A stretch of 58,760 bases of DNA, taken from positions 1 through 58,760 of the IMG/VR virus record IMGVR_UViG_3300025127_000039. The stretch is one strand, 5' to 3'. The position numbers and the translations under genes were made by a program. The notes under the pieces were generated by a model. The model saw nothing but the letters and a program-made list of their open reading frames with translations. It did no database searches and had not been told where the DNA came from. Positions 46,189 to 56,061 of this stretch are shown one piece after another. How positions within the stretch are numbered: position 1 is the first letter of the stretch; each line of letters opens with the position of its first letter. This DNA comes from a virus. Its lineage: Duplodnaviria; Caudoviricetes.

Positions 46189-46592
46189 AAAAGAACGACC
46201 AAAGTTTTAGTGATTGGAGTGGTGATGAGCTAAAAACTCACCGCAAAGACCTAAATTTAAGTCAGATAGACATGGCAAAGAGGCTTGGTCTTAGCGAAAG
46301 AGGGTACAGATGTTACGAAACGGACAAATATCGCATACCATTGTCTGTAAAGTACGCAGTTTTGTATTGGATTGACACCAAAAAGGCAGAAAAAGCAGCT
46401 AAAACCATAAAAAGTTATGATGATGACAAAAAACCACTAACAAAATTTGAAAAAGAGCGTATTTGGAAGCTATGCAACGCCATAGATCACACAATTGGTG
46501 ATGCAGAGAAGCGACAAGATGAGATTTGGGTAACAAGATTGCTCGATCAGAGCAATCGTGAGATGACAATGATGTTGCAAAAAGAAAGTTAG
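46185..46592 (+). CDS. XRE-family HTH regulator
   Basis: LKTHRKDLNLSQIDMAKRLGLSERGYRCYE...IP; AAGGAG SD. Confidence 0.85.
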   Translation: MKKNDQSFSDWSGDELKTHRKDLNLSQIDMAKRLGLSERGYRCYETDKYRIPLSVKYAVLYWIDTKKAEKAAKTIKSYDDDKKPLTKFEKERIWKLCNAIDHTIGDAEKRQDEIWVTRLLDQSNREMTMMLQKES

Positions 46593-46633
46593 TATTATAA
46601 TATCTTCAAAAGAAGCTTTTTTGGAGATTTTTA

Positions 46634-48649
46634 ATGGCAAATGGACCTTTAGGTGGTTTTATGCCGACACCGGCAGCACCTGCACAGCCACCATCTATAA
46701 AATTAGACACCACAGCAAGTAGTAGAGGCACATTTAACAACTTTTTAAAATCAATGAATGGTGCAACATCGCTTAATCCTCCGAGTATGGCACCTATGGT
46801 GGGTGCCAACCCTATGATGGCACCCGCTGCTAACATAGATATATTTAACGAGCCAGTTGCAATGATGCAAAATGGTGGAGACCCAATGGATGCTTCTTTT
46901 AGTGATTTTGCTGGTTTTAGTGATCCTTCTGATCCTTTTGGCGGTGGTGATACATCAATAGATGATGTAGGTTCAGAGGAAGATCCAACACCAAGCATAG
47001 GTTTGACTTCAGAAATGATACAAGCTGGCACTCGTGATGATCCTTTGAATGTATTTGCAGATGATCCAAGTTCTGCCACGCCAATGGGTTTAACAATGCC
47101 ATCTGGACAAAATTTTAGTACACAAGCAGCCACAGGCACAAACCTAAATTTTGATCAAAATACTCTAAACGAAATTAAAGCACAAATTAACAATAGGAAT
47201 GAGGTTGCTTTAACTGAAGAAGATAATTTTTTCAACAAAGATGGTTCACTAAAACCAAGTGGTATCGCTGAATTAAACAAAAGAAACGCAGAAGATTTGC
47301 AACAAGTCATGGCAGGTAATGTTCCGGCTTCAACATACATATCTGCGGATAGTGCAAGTGATATTCTAGGTGACGCTGATATATTAGATTTAGGTAAAAA
47401 AACAGATCAGATTGATCCATTTGCCATACAACCAACTTTTCAAAACTTTGGATTACCAGGCGTGAGTGGTCTTCCGACTGTTAAGTCAACAAGAAGCACA
47501 GTTGCACAAGATCAAGCAAGAGCTATAGCCAATTTAGTTGGTGATAGAGCACCGACAATAGAAGAGCAATTGCAACAAAACGTATTAGCAGATAGAGGTA
47601 GGGCGTTAGGACCTACAACTTTTAGTGATGATTTAGCAAATTTTCAAGAGAGAGTAACTCTCTCTCCGCCGCCAGATGATTATGAAGAGCAAGTTGGAAC
47701 TATGGGTGCAAGAATTGGTGGGGGAATGTTTCCTAAAATGTACGCTCCAGGTCAATCTGAAATTCAATACACTACAAAAGGCACCACACCTCAAGAGCAA
47801 AGAGAATTAAGAGAACTTAGAGACATAGATGAGGCTATTGAGGTTGCAGAAAGAGGTCCTTTAACTTTTCAAACACAAACTCAAAAATCAACTGCACCAG
47901 AGGATTTTGAGGAAAACGTAGGTTTGCCGTTTAGTGATAGGCGTATGAGAGACATTGAAAGATTATACAATGTTCCTCAAGGCCAAAGAAGAACTGGCGA
48001 GGGTGATGATCCGAACATATTGTCTGGCATACCATCTGCGTTAAATATATTTGAAAGAATACCAAGAGAGCAAATGGCAATAGATGTTGCTTTAGGTAGA
48101 CCGAGATCTTTTACTGAAATGATTAGAGGATTTACTGCCACACCAGCTAGAAACATGGATGAATTTACAGGCAGATTGCAAAGAGATACCATTGGTCCAG
48201 AGGGCGATACTACTGGTTTTACATCTAAAACCATACCAGAAAGTCAATTGATAAGAAACAACAGAGGCAGGATAACGGCTATAACTGATGCTTCTGGCAG
48301 AACAATTACTGGCGTAAATCCAGATGAAGAGATTTTTGGTAGTGATGATAATCAACTTCCTATAATTAAAAGACCTATAGCACCGGTTGTTGAGGAGAAA
48401 AAAGATGATGACAAGCCACCCAACGTAATAGGTGGCGGTGCTCCACGTCCAGTTACAGAACCTGTGCCAACTGTGGTTGCTAGTCCTTTTGCACCATCTA
48501 GTGCAAACATAAGTCCAGTAACATTTGACACTGGTGAATTAAATAAATTGATAGAGTTACTAACTGGCGTATCGGCAAAGCCAGTTGTTGCCAAACAAGA
48601 AGGTGGGTTAGTAAGTGCAGTTGATGAGTTTCTAGCCTCCGGTTCATGA
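46634..48649 (+). CDS. Large acidic, low-complexity protein (probable internal head protein)
   Basis: 671 aa, P/D/E-rich, MQNGG and KQEGG motifs, directly upstream of TerL. Confidence 0.65.
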   Translation: MANGPLGGFMPTPAAPAQPPSIKLDTTASSRGTFNNFLKSMNGATSLNPPSMAPMVGANPMMAPAANIDIFNEPVAMMQNGGDPMDASFSDFAGFSDPSDPFGGGDTSIDDVGSEEDPTPSIGLTSEMIQAGTRDDPLNVFADDPSSATPMGLTMPSGQNFSTQAATGTNLNFDQNTLNEIKAQINNRNEVALTEEDNFFNKDGSLKPSGIAELNKRNAEDLQQVMAGNVPASTYISADSASDILGDADILDLGKKTDQIDPFAIQPTFQNFGLPGVSGLPTVKSTRSTVAQDQARAIANLVGDRAPTIEEQLQQNVLADRGRALGPTTFSDDLANFQERVTLSPPPDDYEEQVGTMGARIGGGMFPKMYAPGQSEIQYTTKGTTPQEQRELRELRDIDEAIEVAERGPLTFQTQTQKSTAPEDFEENVGLPFSDRRMRDIERLYNVPQGQRRTGEGDDPNILSGIPSALNIFERIPREQMAIDVALGRPRSFTEMIRGFTATPARNMDEFTGRLQRDTIGPEGDTTGFTSKTIPESQLIRNNRGRITAITDASGRTITGVNPDEEIFGSDDNQLPIIKRPIAPVVEEKKDDDKPPNVIGGGAPRPVTEPVPTVVASPFAPSSANISPVTFDTGELNKLIELLTGVSAKPVVAKQEGGLVSAVDEFLASGS

Positions 48650-50115
48650 ACCTTGAATACACAGAATATTTAAGTGATGAGGAGTTATCTAAGATAGCAC
48701 CAATGCTTGAGCGTTTAAATATGCTTGAGAAACAAAAAGTATCACAAGATTTATACATGGATTTTGTTAAGCGTATATGGCCTTCGTTCATTGAGGGTAG
48801 GCACCACAAGATATACGCAGATAAATTACAACAAGTAGCAGATGGCAAGATCAAGCGTTTGATAGTGAATATGCCACCTAGACACACAAAGTCAGAGTTT
48901 GCCAGTTATTTATTTCCATCTTGGCTTATGGGCAGACGACCAGATTTAAAGATAATACAAGCAACGCACACGGCAGAGCTAGCTGTTGGTTTTGGTCGTA
49001 AGGTTAAAAACCTTATTGATAGTGATGATTTCCGTGATGTATTTCCAGATGTAAAATTAGCTGCCGATGCCAAGGCATCTGGTAGATGGTCAACGAACAA
49101 AGGTGGCGAATACTACGCTGTTGGTGTGGGTGGTGCGTTAGCTGGTCGTGGTGCAGACTTATTGATTATTGATGACCCAGTATCAGAACAAGATGCGTTA
49201 AGTCCTACTGCACTTGACAGTATTTATGAATGGTACACATCTGGACCAAGACAAAGATTGCAACCTGGTGGCTCAATCATTATAGTGATGACACGTTGGG
49301 GGATTAAAGATCTCACAGCAAGAGTGTTACAAAAGCAAGCTCAAGGAGGTGCAGATAAATGGGAAGTAGTAGAGTTTCCGGCAATATTTCCAGAGACTGG
49401 AAACGTACTTTGGCCAGAATATTGGAGCAAAGACGAGCTAGAAGGCGTGAAAGCCTCAATACCCGTAGGCAAATGGAACGCACAGTATATGCAAAATCCG
49501 ACTGCGGAAGAGGGAGCGATAATAAAAAGGGAGTGGTGGAATATTTGGAATCCTGATAACCCACCTACCTGCTCGTATATCATACAATCATACGACACAG
49601 CGTTTACAAAAAATGAGCGTTCTGATTTTAGTGCTATTACTACTTGGGGTATTTTTACTCCAGTTGAGGGAGAAGGAGATGCCATCATCTTGCTTGATGC
49701 CGAGAAAGGCAGATGGGATTTCCCAGAACTTAAACAAAAAGCAATGGAACTGTCAGAAGCATATGATCCTGACATGATATTGATTGAGCAAAAGGCAAGT
49801 GGTACGCCACTTACACAAGAGTTAAGACGCATGGGTGTGCCGGTTACTCCTTTTACGCCAAGTAAAGGTGCAGATAAATTTGCAAGAATGAACGCTTGTG
49901 CACCAGTCTTTGAGAGTGGCATGGTCTGGAGACCAGACGCTAATTTTGCAGAAGAAGTTGTAGAGGAATGTGCTAGTTTTCCACATGGCGATCATGATGA
50001 CTTGGCAGATTCGATGACACAGGCTATACTAAGATTCAGACAAGGTGGTTTTATAACTGCACCAGACGATGAAGAGTTTGAGCCAATCTACAGAAGAAAG
50101 ATGGAGTATTACTGA
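48646..50115 (+). CDS. terL: Terminase large subunit
   Basis: MPPRHTKS Walker A variant, IIDDP Walker B, MTRW, QYMQNP, SYDTA, HDDLADS nuclease motifs. Confidence 0.95.
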   Translation: MNLEYTEYLSDEELSKIAPMLERLNMLEKQKVSQDLYMDFVKRIWPSFIEGRHHKIYADKLQQVADGKIKRLIVNMPPRHTKSEFASYLFPSWLMGRRPDLKIIQATHTAELAVGFGRKVKNLIDSDDFRDVFPDVKLAADAKASGRWSTNKGGEYYAVGVGGALAGRGADLLIIDDPVSEQDALSPTALDSIYEWYTSGPRQRLQPGGSIIIVMTRWGIKDLTARVLQKQAQGGADKWEVVEFPAIFPETGNVLWPEYWSKDELEGVKASIPVGKWNAQYMQNPTAEEGAIIKREWWNIWNPDNPPTCSYIIQSYDTAFTKNERSDFSAITTWGIFTPVEGEGDAIILLDAEKGRWDFPELKQKAMELSEAYDPDMILIEQKASGTPLTQELRRMGVPVTPFTPSKGADKFARMNACAPVFESGMVWRPDANFAEEVVEECASFPHGDHDDLADSMTQAILRFRQGGFITAPDDEEFEPIYRRKMEYY

Positions 50116-50420
50116 TGGCAATTAAAAATCCAACAAAAGATCCACTTAAAGGTATAGCCAAAGTAATACAGACAGTTGGCAGTGGTAAAACTGGTATAAA
50201 GACAATTGATAGACAAAAAAAGAAAGATGCTATCCTTACAAAAAATTTGAAAAAATTAGCAAAAAAGACTAAGGTTAAAGCGAAGCCACAAAAGTTTGAT
50301 ATTACTCCAGACTCAAAAAGTCAGTTTAGTATTCAAAAGCAGTCAATTATGATGGCTAGTGAGGGTGGAGTTGTAGATATGACTAAATCGAGAATGATTA
50401 ACCCAGAGACAGGAGAGTAA
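50115..50420 (+). CDS. Small basic protein
   Basis: 101 aa, K-rich, ASEGG motif. Confidence 0.65.
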   Translation: MAIKNPTKDPLKGIAKVIQTVGSGKTGIKTIDRQKKKDAILTKNLKKLAKKTKVKAKPQKFDITPDSKSQFSIQKQSIMMASEGGVVDMTKSRMINPETGE

Positions 50421-50421
50421 T

Positions 50422-50823
50422 ATGGCCCCTAAAGATAGAAAAAAAGGTCCAGACTTAATTGACGCAGTTAGGGTCATTGAAATTAATGAAAGACCAGAAA
50501 AAGAGGCAAAAAAATTTGAGGGCAGAAGAAAGTTCCTAAAAAAGATAGTGGGTAAAAAAGATGGTGGACTTGCAGCGGCAATCGAAAAAGTAAAAAAAGA
50601 AGATGCTGTCAAGATGAAAGAGGGTGGTGATCCAACAAAGGAACTTGTTGGTGGTCAAAAGAAATTGGATAAGAATAAAGATGGTAGGATTTCTGGTGAA
50701 GATTTTAAATTACTGAGAGCAGAGCCTATGAAACTTGGTGGTGTTGTCAAAATGACAAAAGGCGGTGGTGTCTGCAAAGGCATGGGCATCGCAAGAGCAG
50801 GTGGAAAGTTTAAGCTTAGATAA
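50422..50823 (+). CDS. Basic protein with an EF-hand-like loop and xxGG repeats
   Basis: LDKNKDGRISGEDF; KDGG, KEGG, KLGG, TKGG. Confidence 0.7.
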   Translation: MAPKDRKKGPDLIDAVRVIEINERPEKEAKKFEGRRKFLKKIVGKKDGGLAAAIEKVKKEDAVKMKEGGDPTKELVGGQKKLDKNKDGRISGEDFKLLRAEPMKLGGVVKMTKGGGVCKGMGIARAGGKFKLR

Positions 50824-50825
50824 TC

Positions 50826-53225
50826 ATGGCTATTGAAAAAGTAAATGGTGTAGAGAATCCAGAACAACCACAAGGTATTCAAGTTCCTTTACCTGAAGCA
50901 GAGATAACTCCGGGTGTTACAGAACTAGAAGATGGGTCTGCAATTATTGGTGAAATGCAAGAACAATTAGAAGCATCTATGCCAGTACCATTTAATGCCA
51001 ACTTAGCAGAATTTATAGATGACGCAGATCTTGGTGTTATATCTAGCGATATAACTGGTGATATTGATGAAGACATATCATCAAGAAGAGATTGGGAAGA
51101 TCAGTACAAAGGTGGTTTAGAATTATTAGGCATGAACTATGAAGATAGGGCAGAGCCTTTCGAGGGTGCATCTGGCGTAGTTCACCCATTACTAGCAGAA
51201 AGCGTTACACAGTTTCAAGCACAAGCATATAGAGAAATGCTACCAGCAAGTGGACCTGTTAGAACACACATTGTAGGTGCAGAGAACCCAGAATTACTTG
51301 CACAAGCAGAGCGTGTTAAAAATTATATGAATTATCAAATAACTTATGAAATGGAAGAGTATGATCCAGAGTTAGATCAAATGTTATTTTATCTTCCAAT
51401 TGTAGGTTCAGCATTTAAAAAGATTTATTTTGACCCTTCAATGCAGCGAGCTGTTTCTAAGTTTGTTCATGCAGAGGATTTAATTGTTCCTTACAATGCA
51501 ACAGATCTTAAAACATCTACACGCATTACTCATGTTGTTCGTATGGATAAAAATGAGATTAGAAAATTACAACTACAAGGGTTTTACAAGGATATAGATT
51601 TACCCTCATCTGATAGCGGTGGAGCGAATTATGATGAGATCAAAGAAACAATTGACGACATACAAGGCGTAGAAAAAGGTTCTAGTTACAACGAAGAGAT
51701 AACATTATATGAAGTTCACACAGATTTAGATTTAATTGGCTTTGAAGATATCGGCCAAGACGGAGAACCCACTGGATTAAAGATGCCCTATGTTGTTACT
51801 ATAGTGGAGAAATCTGGTGAAATATTATCAATCAAAAGGAATTTCAATGAAGGTGATCCGTTCCGTAGGAAGATCCCTTATTTTGTTCATTATAAGTTCT
51901 TACCTGGTCTTGGCTTTTATGGCTTTGGCCTTACTCATATGATAGGTGGTCTATCAAGAGCATCAACATCAATACTTAGACAACTAATTGACGCAGGTAC
52001 ATTATCTAATTTACCTGCAGGATTTAAAGCAAGAGGTGCAAGGATTAGAGATGATGAGTCTCCGCTAAATCCTGGCGAGTTCAGAGATGTAGATATGGTG
52101 GGTATGGATTTGCGTCAAGCAATCATGCCTTTACCATTTAAGGAGCCATCTCAAACCTTGTATTCATTACTTGGCACTCTTATCGACTCTGGTAGACGCT
52201 TTGCATCAATGGCCGACATGAAAGTTGGAGAGATGCAAGGCAACGCACCAGTTGGCACAACAATGGCTATTATGGAACGTGGCACAAAAGTAATGTCTGC
52301 GATCCATAAGCGTTTACACTATTCTCAAAAAATAGAGTTTAAGCTGTTATCAAGGATATTTGCTATGGATGTACCCATGTATCCATATCAAGTACCCGGA
52401 GCACCACCAGAAATTAAACAGTCAGATTTTGATGACAGAATTGATATATTGCCAGTTTCTGATCCAAACATCTTTTCTATGTCACAACGTATTGCTTTGG
52501 CACAAACACAATTACAACTAGCTCAAAGTAATCCAGAAATTCATGGGCCGAATGGTATGTATCAGGCTTACAGAAAAATGTATGAAGCATTAGGAGTTAC
52601 GAACATAGAGGCTGTGTTACAACCTCCCCCGCAGCCTATGCCCATGAACCCTGCAAAAGAAAATCAAGAAGCATTAAAGGGTCAAGGCTTAAATGCTTTT
52701 CCAGAACAAAATCATCAAGCACATATTACTGCACATTTAGCTATGATAAGCACACCAGTTGCACAATCAAATGCAGCTATTGTGATGACACTTCAAGGGC
52801 ATATATCTGAGCATATTGCTATGATGTCAGAGCTACAAGCACAACAAGAAGTAATGGCTACAATACCACCGGAACAACAAGCAATGATGCAACAAGATCC
52901 AAACGCAATGAAAGTAATACAGGATCAAATGGCATCAAGAAGTGCAGAGTTAGCAGCAGAGATACAAGAACAATATGCACAAGCGTTGACACCTCCGCCA
53001 AGTGAAGATCCACTTGTAACAATTAGAAAACAAGAGTTGGCACTTAGGGGTCAAGAGATAGCACAAAAGCAAGATCAATTTGATTCAAAGCAAACTCTTG
53101 AGAGAGAGAAAGAGAGAAATGATATTTTACTAGATCAACAAAGATTAGATCAGCAAGAGGAATTAGCTAATCAACGAGATCAAACTACTAGAGATATTGC
53201 AGCAATGAAAGCTATGAAAGGATAA
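50826..53225 (+). CDS. Portal protein
   Basis: 799 aa after TerL; HPLLAESV, GSAFKK, GFYGFG, IDAGTLSN motifs; C-terminal Q-rich coiled coil as in podoviral portal barrels. Confidence 0.88.
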   Translation: MAIEKVNGVENPEQPQGIQVPLPEAEITPGVTELEDGSAIIGEMQEQLEASMPVPFNANLAEFIDDADLGVISSDITGDIDEDISSRRDWEDQYKGGLELLGMNYEDRAEPFEGASGVVHPLLAESVTQFQAQAYREMLPASGPVRTHIVGAENPELLAQAERVKNYMNYQITYEMEEYDPELDQMLFYLPIVGSAFKKIYFDPSMQRAVSKFVHAEDLIVPYNATDLKTSTRITHVVRMDKNEIRKLQLQGFYKDIDLPSSDSGGANYDEIKETIDDIQGVEKGSSYNEEITLYEVHTDLDLIGFEDIGQDGEPTGLKMPYVVTIVEKSGEILSIKRNFNEGDPFRRKIPYFVHYKFLPGLGFYGFGLTHMIGGLSRASTSILRQLIDAGTLSNLPAGFKARGARIRDDESPLNPGEFRDVDMVGMDLRQAIMPLPFKEPSQTLYSLLGTLIDSGRRFASMADMKVGEMQGNAPVGTTMAIMERGTKVMSAIHKRLHYSQKIEFKLLSRIFAMDVPMYPYQVPGAPPEIKQSDFDDRIDILPVSDPNIFSMSQRIALAQTQLQLAQSNPEIHGPNGMYQAYRKMYEALGVTNIEAVLQPPPQPMPMNPAKENQEALKGQGLNAFPEQNHQAHITAHLAMISTPVAQSNAAIVMTLQGHISEHIAMMSELQAQQEVMATIPPEQQAMMQQDPNAMKVIQDQMASRSAELAAEIQEQYAQALTPPPSEDPLVTIRKQELALRGQEIAQKQDQFDSKQTLEREKERNDILLDQQRLDQQEELANQRDQTTRDIAAMKAMKG

Positions 53226-53228
53226 ATT

Positions 53229-53489
53229 ATGTCAAGTTCAGTAAGAGAAAAAATTTGGGAAGTTGAAAGAGAGAAGAAAAGACAAAGAAGGCTTGTTAAA
53301 GAGGGAGTCGTAGATGCCGTTGAAGAAAGGCAAAAGCCAGAAAACAATCAGCCAGAACATACGCAAGTTGAAGAAGGAGAAATATCCGCAGAAACAAGCA
53401 ATAGCGATAGCGTTGTCGACAGCGGGGAAATCAAAGCCGAAATCAACAAGCCAAAAAAGAAAAGCAAAAAAGCCAGTAAAAAAGCGTAA
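53229..53489 (+). CDS. Small charged protein
   Basis: 86 aa, AAAGGA SD; overlapped by the next ORF. Confidence 0.5.
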   Translation: MSSSVREKIWEVEREKKRQRRLVKEGVVDAVEERQKPENNQPEHTQVEEGEISAETSNSDSVVDSGEIKAEINKPKKKSKKASKKA

Positions 53490-53553
53490 CGGCGGTATAA
53501 TAAAAAAGTTTTCTGATATAGCTAAACCACAAAAATTTAAAGGGATATTCTAA
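53314..53553 (+). CDS. Small basic protein
   Basis: [16 protein letters not shown]...QAIAIAL; GAGGGAG SD; stop coupled to the next ATG. Confidence 0.75.
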   Translation: MPLKKGKSQKTISQNIRKLKKEKYPQKQAIAIALSTAGKSKPKSTSQKRKAKKPVKKRNGGIIKKFSDIAKPQKFKGIF

Positions 53554-54035
53554 TGGATCCCGCAACCATAGGCGTAGCAATTACAGCAGCTAATACTGCT
53601 TTCAACGCAATCAAACGTGGTTTTCAAGCAGGTCGTGAAATTGAATCTATGGGCAAAGATTTAGGACGCTGGATGTCAGCGTTGAGTGATATTGACAACG
53701 CAGAAAAAACTGCAAAGAACGCTTCTCCATTAAGAAAGTTATTTAAAGGCAATGAAATAGAAGCTAGTGCGATAGAGGCTTTTACAGCAAAAAAGAAATT
53801 AGAGGCTCAACGTCAAGAGTTAAAGACCTTCATAAATTTTCATTATGGTAGTAATTCTTGGAACGAGATTTTGCAAATGGAAGCACAAATTAGAAAACAA
53901 AGAAAAGAAGAAGTCTATGCTAGACAAGAATTTTATAGGAAAATATGGGAATACATAGGTTACTTTGTACTAGCTTGCACAGTAGTTGGTTTTTTATTTT
54001 TTCTTGCATGGGTTTATAAAGAGAGTAGAAGATGA
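53553..54035 (+). CDS. Membrane-anchored hypothetical protein
   Basis: 160 aa, MDPATI N-terminus, C-terminal TM helix. Confidence 0.7.
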   Translation: MDPATIGVAITAANTAFNAIKRGFQAGREIESMGKDLGRWMSALSDIDNAEKTAKNASPLRKLFKGNEIEASAIEAFTAKKKLEAQRQELKTFINFHYGSNSWNEILQMEAQIRKQRKEEVYARQEFYRKIWEYIGYFVLACTVVGFLFFLAWVYKESRR

Positions 54036-54352
54036 CACAAAAAAAACTACAAAAAGATTCTATTTTAAATCAGTACGACCTTGATGGTGACAACACAATC
54101 ACAGACGAGGAGCTTCAAAGAGCAAAAGAAATTAAGGAGACAGAAACAAAACTACGAAAAAATCTTGCACAATTAAGAATGGCAAGATACACATTGATAG
54201 GAATGGGAGTATTTACACTTGCAATGTTTTTAGTGCCAATAGAACGAGTAGAAGCTTTAGCAGATATAAGTAATTTATTTTACATATCAGGAGCAGGTAT
54301 TGTTGGTACATATATGGGTACATCAGCATACATGGCAAAGAATGGTAAATAA
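54032..54352 (+). CDS. Two-TM membrane protein with an EF-hand-like loop
   Basis: YDLDGDNTITDEEL followed by two hydrophobic helices. Confidence 0.7.
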   Translation: MTQKKLQKDSILNQYDLDGDNTITDEELQRAKEIKETETKLRKNLAQLRMARYTLIGMGVFTLAMFLVPIERVEALADISNLFYISGAGIVGTYMGTSAYMAKNGK

Positions 54353-54637
54353 ATGGCAAAAAAAGATCCAAAAACTGGTACAGGAAAAAAGCCTAAAGGT
54401 TCAGGCAGAAGACTCTACACTGACGAAAATCCAAAAGACACTGTTAGGATTAAATTTGCAACTCCTGCTGATGCTCGTGCAACAGTTAGAAAAGTTAAAA
54501 GAATTAACAAGCCTTATGCTAGAAAAATTCAAATCCTTACTGTCATGGAACAAAGGGCAAAAGTAATGAAAAAAGCAGAGGTAGTTAGAATTGCTAAATC
54601 TGCCAAAGAATCTTTAAAACGTGCTAGAAAAAAATGA
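54353..54637 (+). CDS. Small basic protein
   Basis: KDPKTGTGKKPKGSGRRLYTDENPKDTV. Confidence 0.75.
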   Translation: MAKKDPKTGTGKKPKGSGRRLYTDENPKDTVRIKFATPADARATVRKVKRINKPYARKIQILTVMEQRAKVMKKAEVVRIAKSAKESLKRARKK

Positions 54638-54831
54638 CTGCGTTTTTTCTCATGTGTTATCTAAATGATAATTTCAATGGTGGGATATACTTTAAAAACA
54701 TTAATGATTGTTTATATTATGCTGAGAGGTTGAGTAGTCAAAAAATAGAAGTTCCGATAAAAGTTGAAAATTATGAGTGTATGTGTAAACTCATACCAAA
54801 TATTGATGATAAAAAAGTGAAGGTATATTAG
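54634..54831 (+). CDS. Small Cys-containing protein
   Basis: 65 aa, ATGA overlap. Confidence 0.55.
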   Translation: MTAFFLMCYLNDNFNGGIYFKNINDCLYYAERLSSQKIEVPIKVENYECMCKLIPNIDDKKVKVY

Positions 54832-54840
54832 GAGGTAGCA

Positions 54841-55236
54841 ATGTTACAAGCACTTATAGGCCCAGTTACTGGGCTACTTGATAAATTTATCCCAGACGCA
54901 GATCAAAAGGCAAAGCTCGCCCACGAGATAGCCACCATGTCTGAAAAACACGCTCAAGAGGCGTTACTTGCTCAATTAGAAATTAATAAGGCAGAGGCTG
55001 CAAGTGGCTCTATATTTAAGGGCGGTTGGCGACCCGCTGTTGGGTGGGTCTGTGCGATTGCCTTCGCATATCATTTTATCGTAAAAGATCTAATCATATT
55101 TGGTGCTAGTTTTGCAGGTGCAGAGTTACCAGATTTGCCGGAATTTGATATGGGTACACTTTTAACTGTTCTTGGAGGTATGTTGGGAATTGGCGGGTTG
55201 CGGACATACGAGAAGCAAAAAGGCTTAACCAAGTAA
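54841..55236 (+). CDS. Holin (3TM / GTA-holin-like family)
   Basis: AGGAGG SD; GWRPAVGW and GMLGIGGLRTYEK motifs; TM segments. Confidence 0.8.
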   Translation: MLQALIGPVTGLLDKFIPDADQKAKLAHEIATMSEKHAQEALLAQLEINKAEAASGSIFKGGWRPAVGWVCAIAFAYHFIVKDLIIFGASFAGAELPDLPEFDMGTLLTVLGGMLGIGGLRTYEKQKGLTK

Positions 55237-55388
55237 TGGAAAAAGAAAAAAAAGAAGTTGTAATTTGTTATATTCATAAAATAGCTATGAAAGAAATAAA
55301 ACATGAGGAGCCTATACCAGAACTTGGTATATACAATTATAAAGAATACAAATGCCCTATGTGTTTAACGTCAGTGATGGAAGATTGA
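55236..55388 (+). CDS. Small zinc-ribbon protein (not in ORF track)
   Basis: Read by eye: MEKEKKEVVICYIHKIAM...YKCPMCLTSVMED. Confidence 0.55.
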   Translation: MEKEKKEVVICYIHKIAMKEIKHEEPIPELGIYNYKEYKCPMCLTSVMED

Positions 55389-55389
55389 T

Positions 55390-55581
55390 ATGGATGGCGT
55401 AAAGGTAGCTCAAACTTTATTAAAGAACATTCGCCAAAGAAGAGATGAATTAACACAATCTTTGGCAGATGGTTCGATAACTTCTATGGAAGATTATCGG
55501 TTCATAACAGGTCAAATACGAGGACTGACTTGGTGTGAAGAAGAAATAAGAACCTCGATGAAAGGTATAGAAAATGAGTAA
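55390..55581 (+). CDS. Hypothetical protein upstream of GroES
   Basis: 63 aa, EDYRFITGQIRGL motif. Confidence 0.7.
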   Translation: MDGVKVAQTLLKNIRQRRDELTQSLADGSITSMEDYRFITGQIRGLTWCEEEIRTSMKGIENE

Positions 55582-56050
55582 AAAATTATATGTCCCAGAT
55601 CGCATTTTGGGAAAAAAAGTGTTAAACCCAACTCCATCACCAATATCAAAGGGATTTGGTAAAAATGCAGAACCTAACAAAAATGAAGATGATCCATCAA
55701 AGTTAGATGCCTCATTACTTGATAGGTTGCCACAACCAACTGGGTATAGAATTTTAGTTATACCTTACTATCCTAAAGAAAAAACAAAAGGTGGCATTTA
55801 TATACCAGACGCTACTAGAGAAAGAGAATCATTTGCAACTGTTGTTGCTTATGTCGTAAAAATGGGTCCAGACGCTTACAAAGACAAAGATAAATTCCCA
55901 AGTGGAGGTTACTGTTCTGAGAAAGAATGGGTGCTTATGGGTAGATATGCTGGAAATAGGTTCAAAGTGGAGGGTCTTGAGCTAAGACTCATAAATGATG
56001 ATAATATTATAGCAAAAATACTTGATCCAACAGATGTTTCTTATGTATAG
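55574..56050 (+). CDS. groES: GroES-like co-chaperonin
   Basis: PTGYRILV, KTKGGIYIP, VVKMGPDAY, YAG, LINDDNIIA. Confidence 0.85.
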   Translation: MSKKLYVPDRILGKKVLNPTPSPISKGFGKNAEPNKNEDDPSKLDASLLDRLPQPTGYRILVIPYYPKEKTKGGIYIPDATRERESFATVVAYVVKMGPDAYKDKDKFPSGGYCSEKEWVLMGRYAGNRFKVEGLELRLINDDNIIAKILDPTDVSYV

Positions 56051-56061
56051 TGGAGAGTAAC

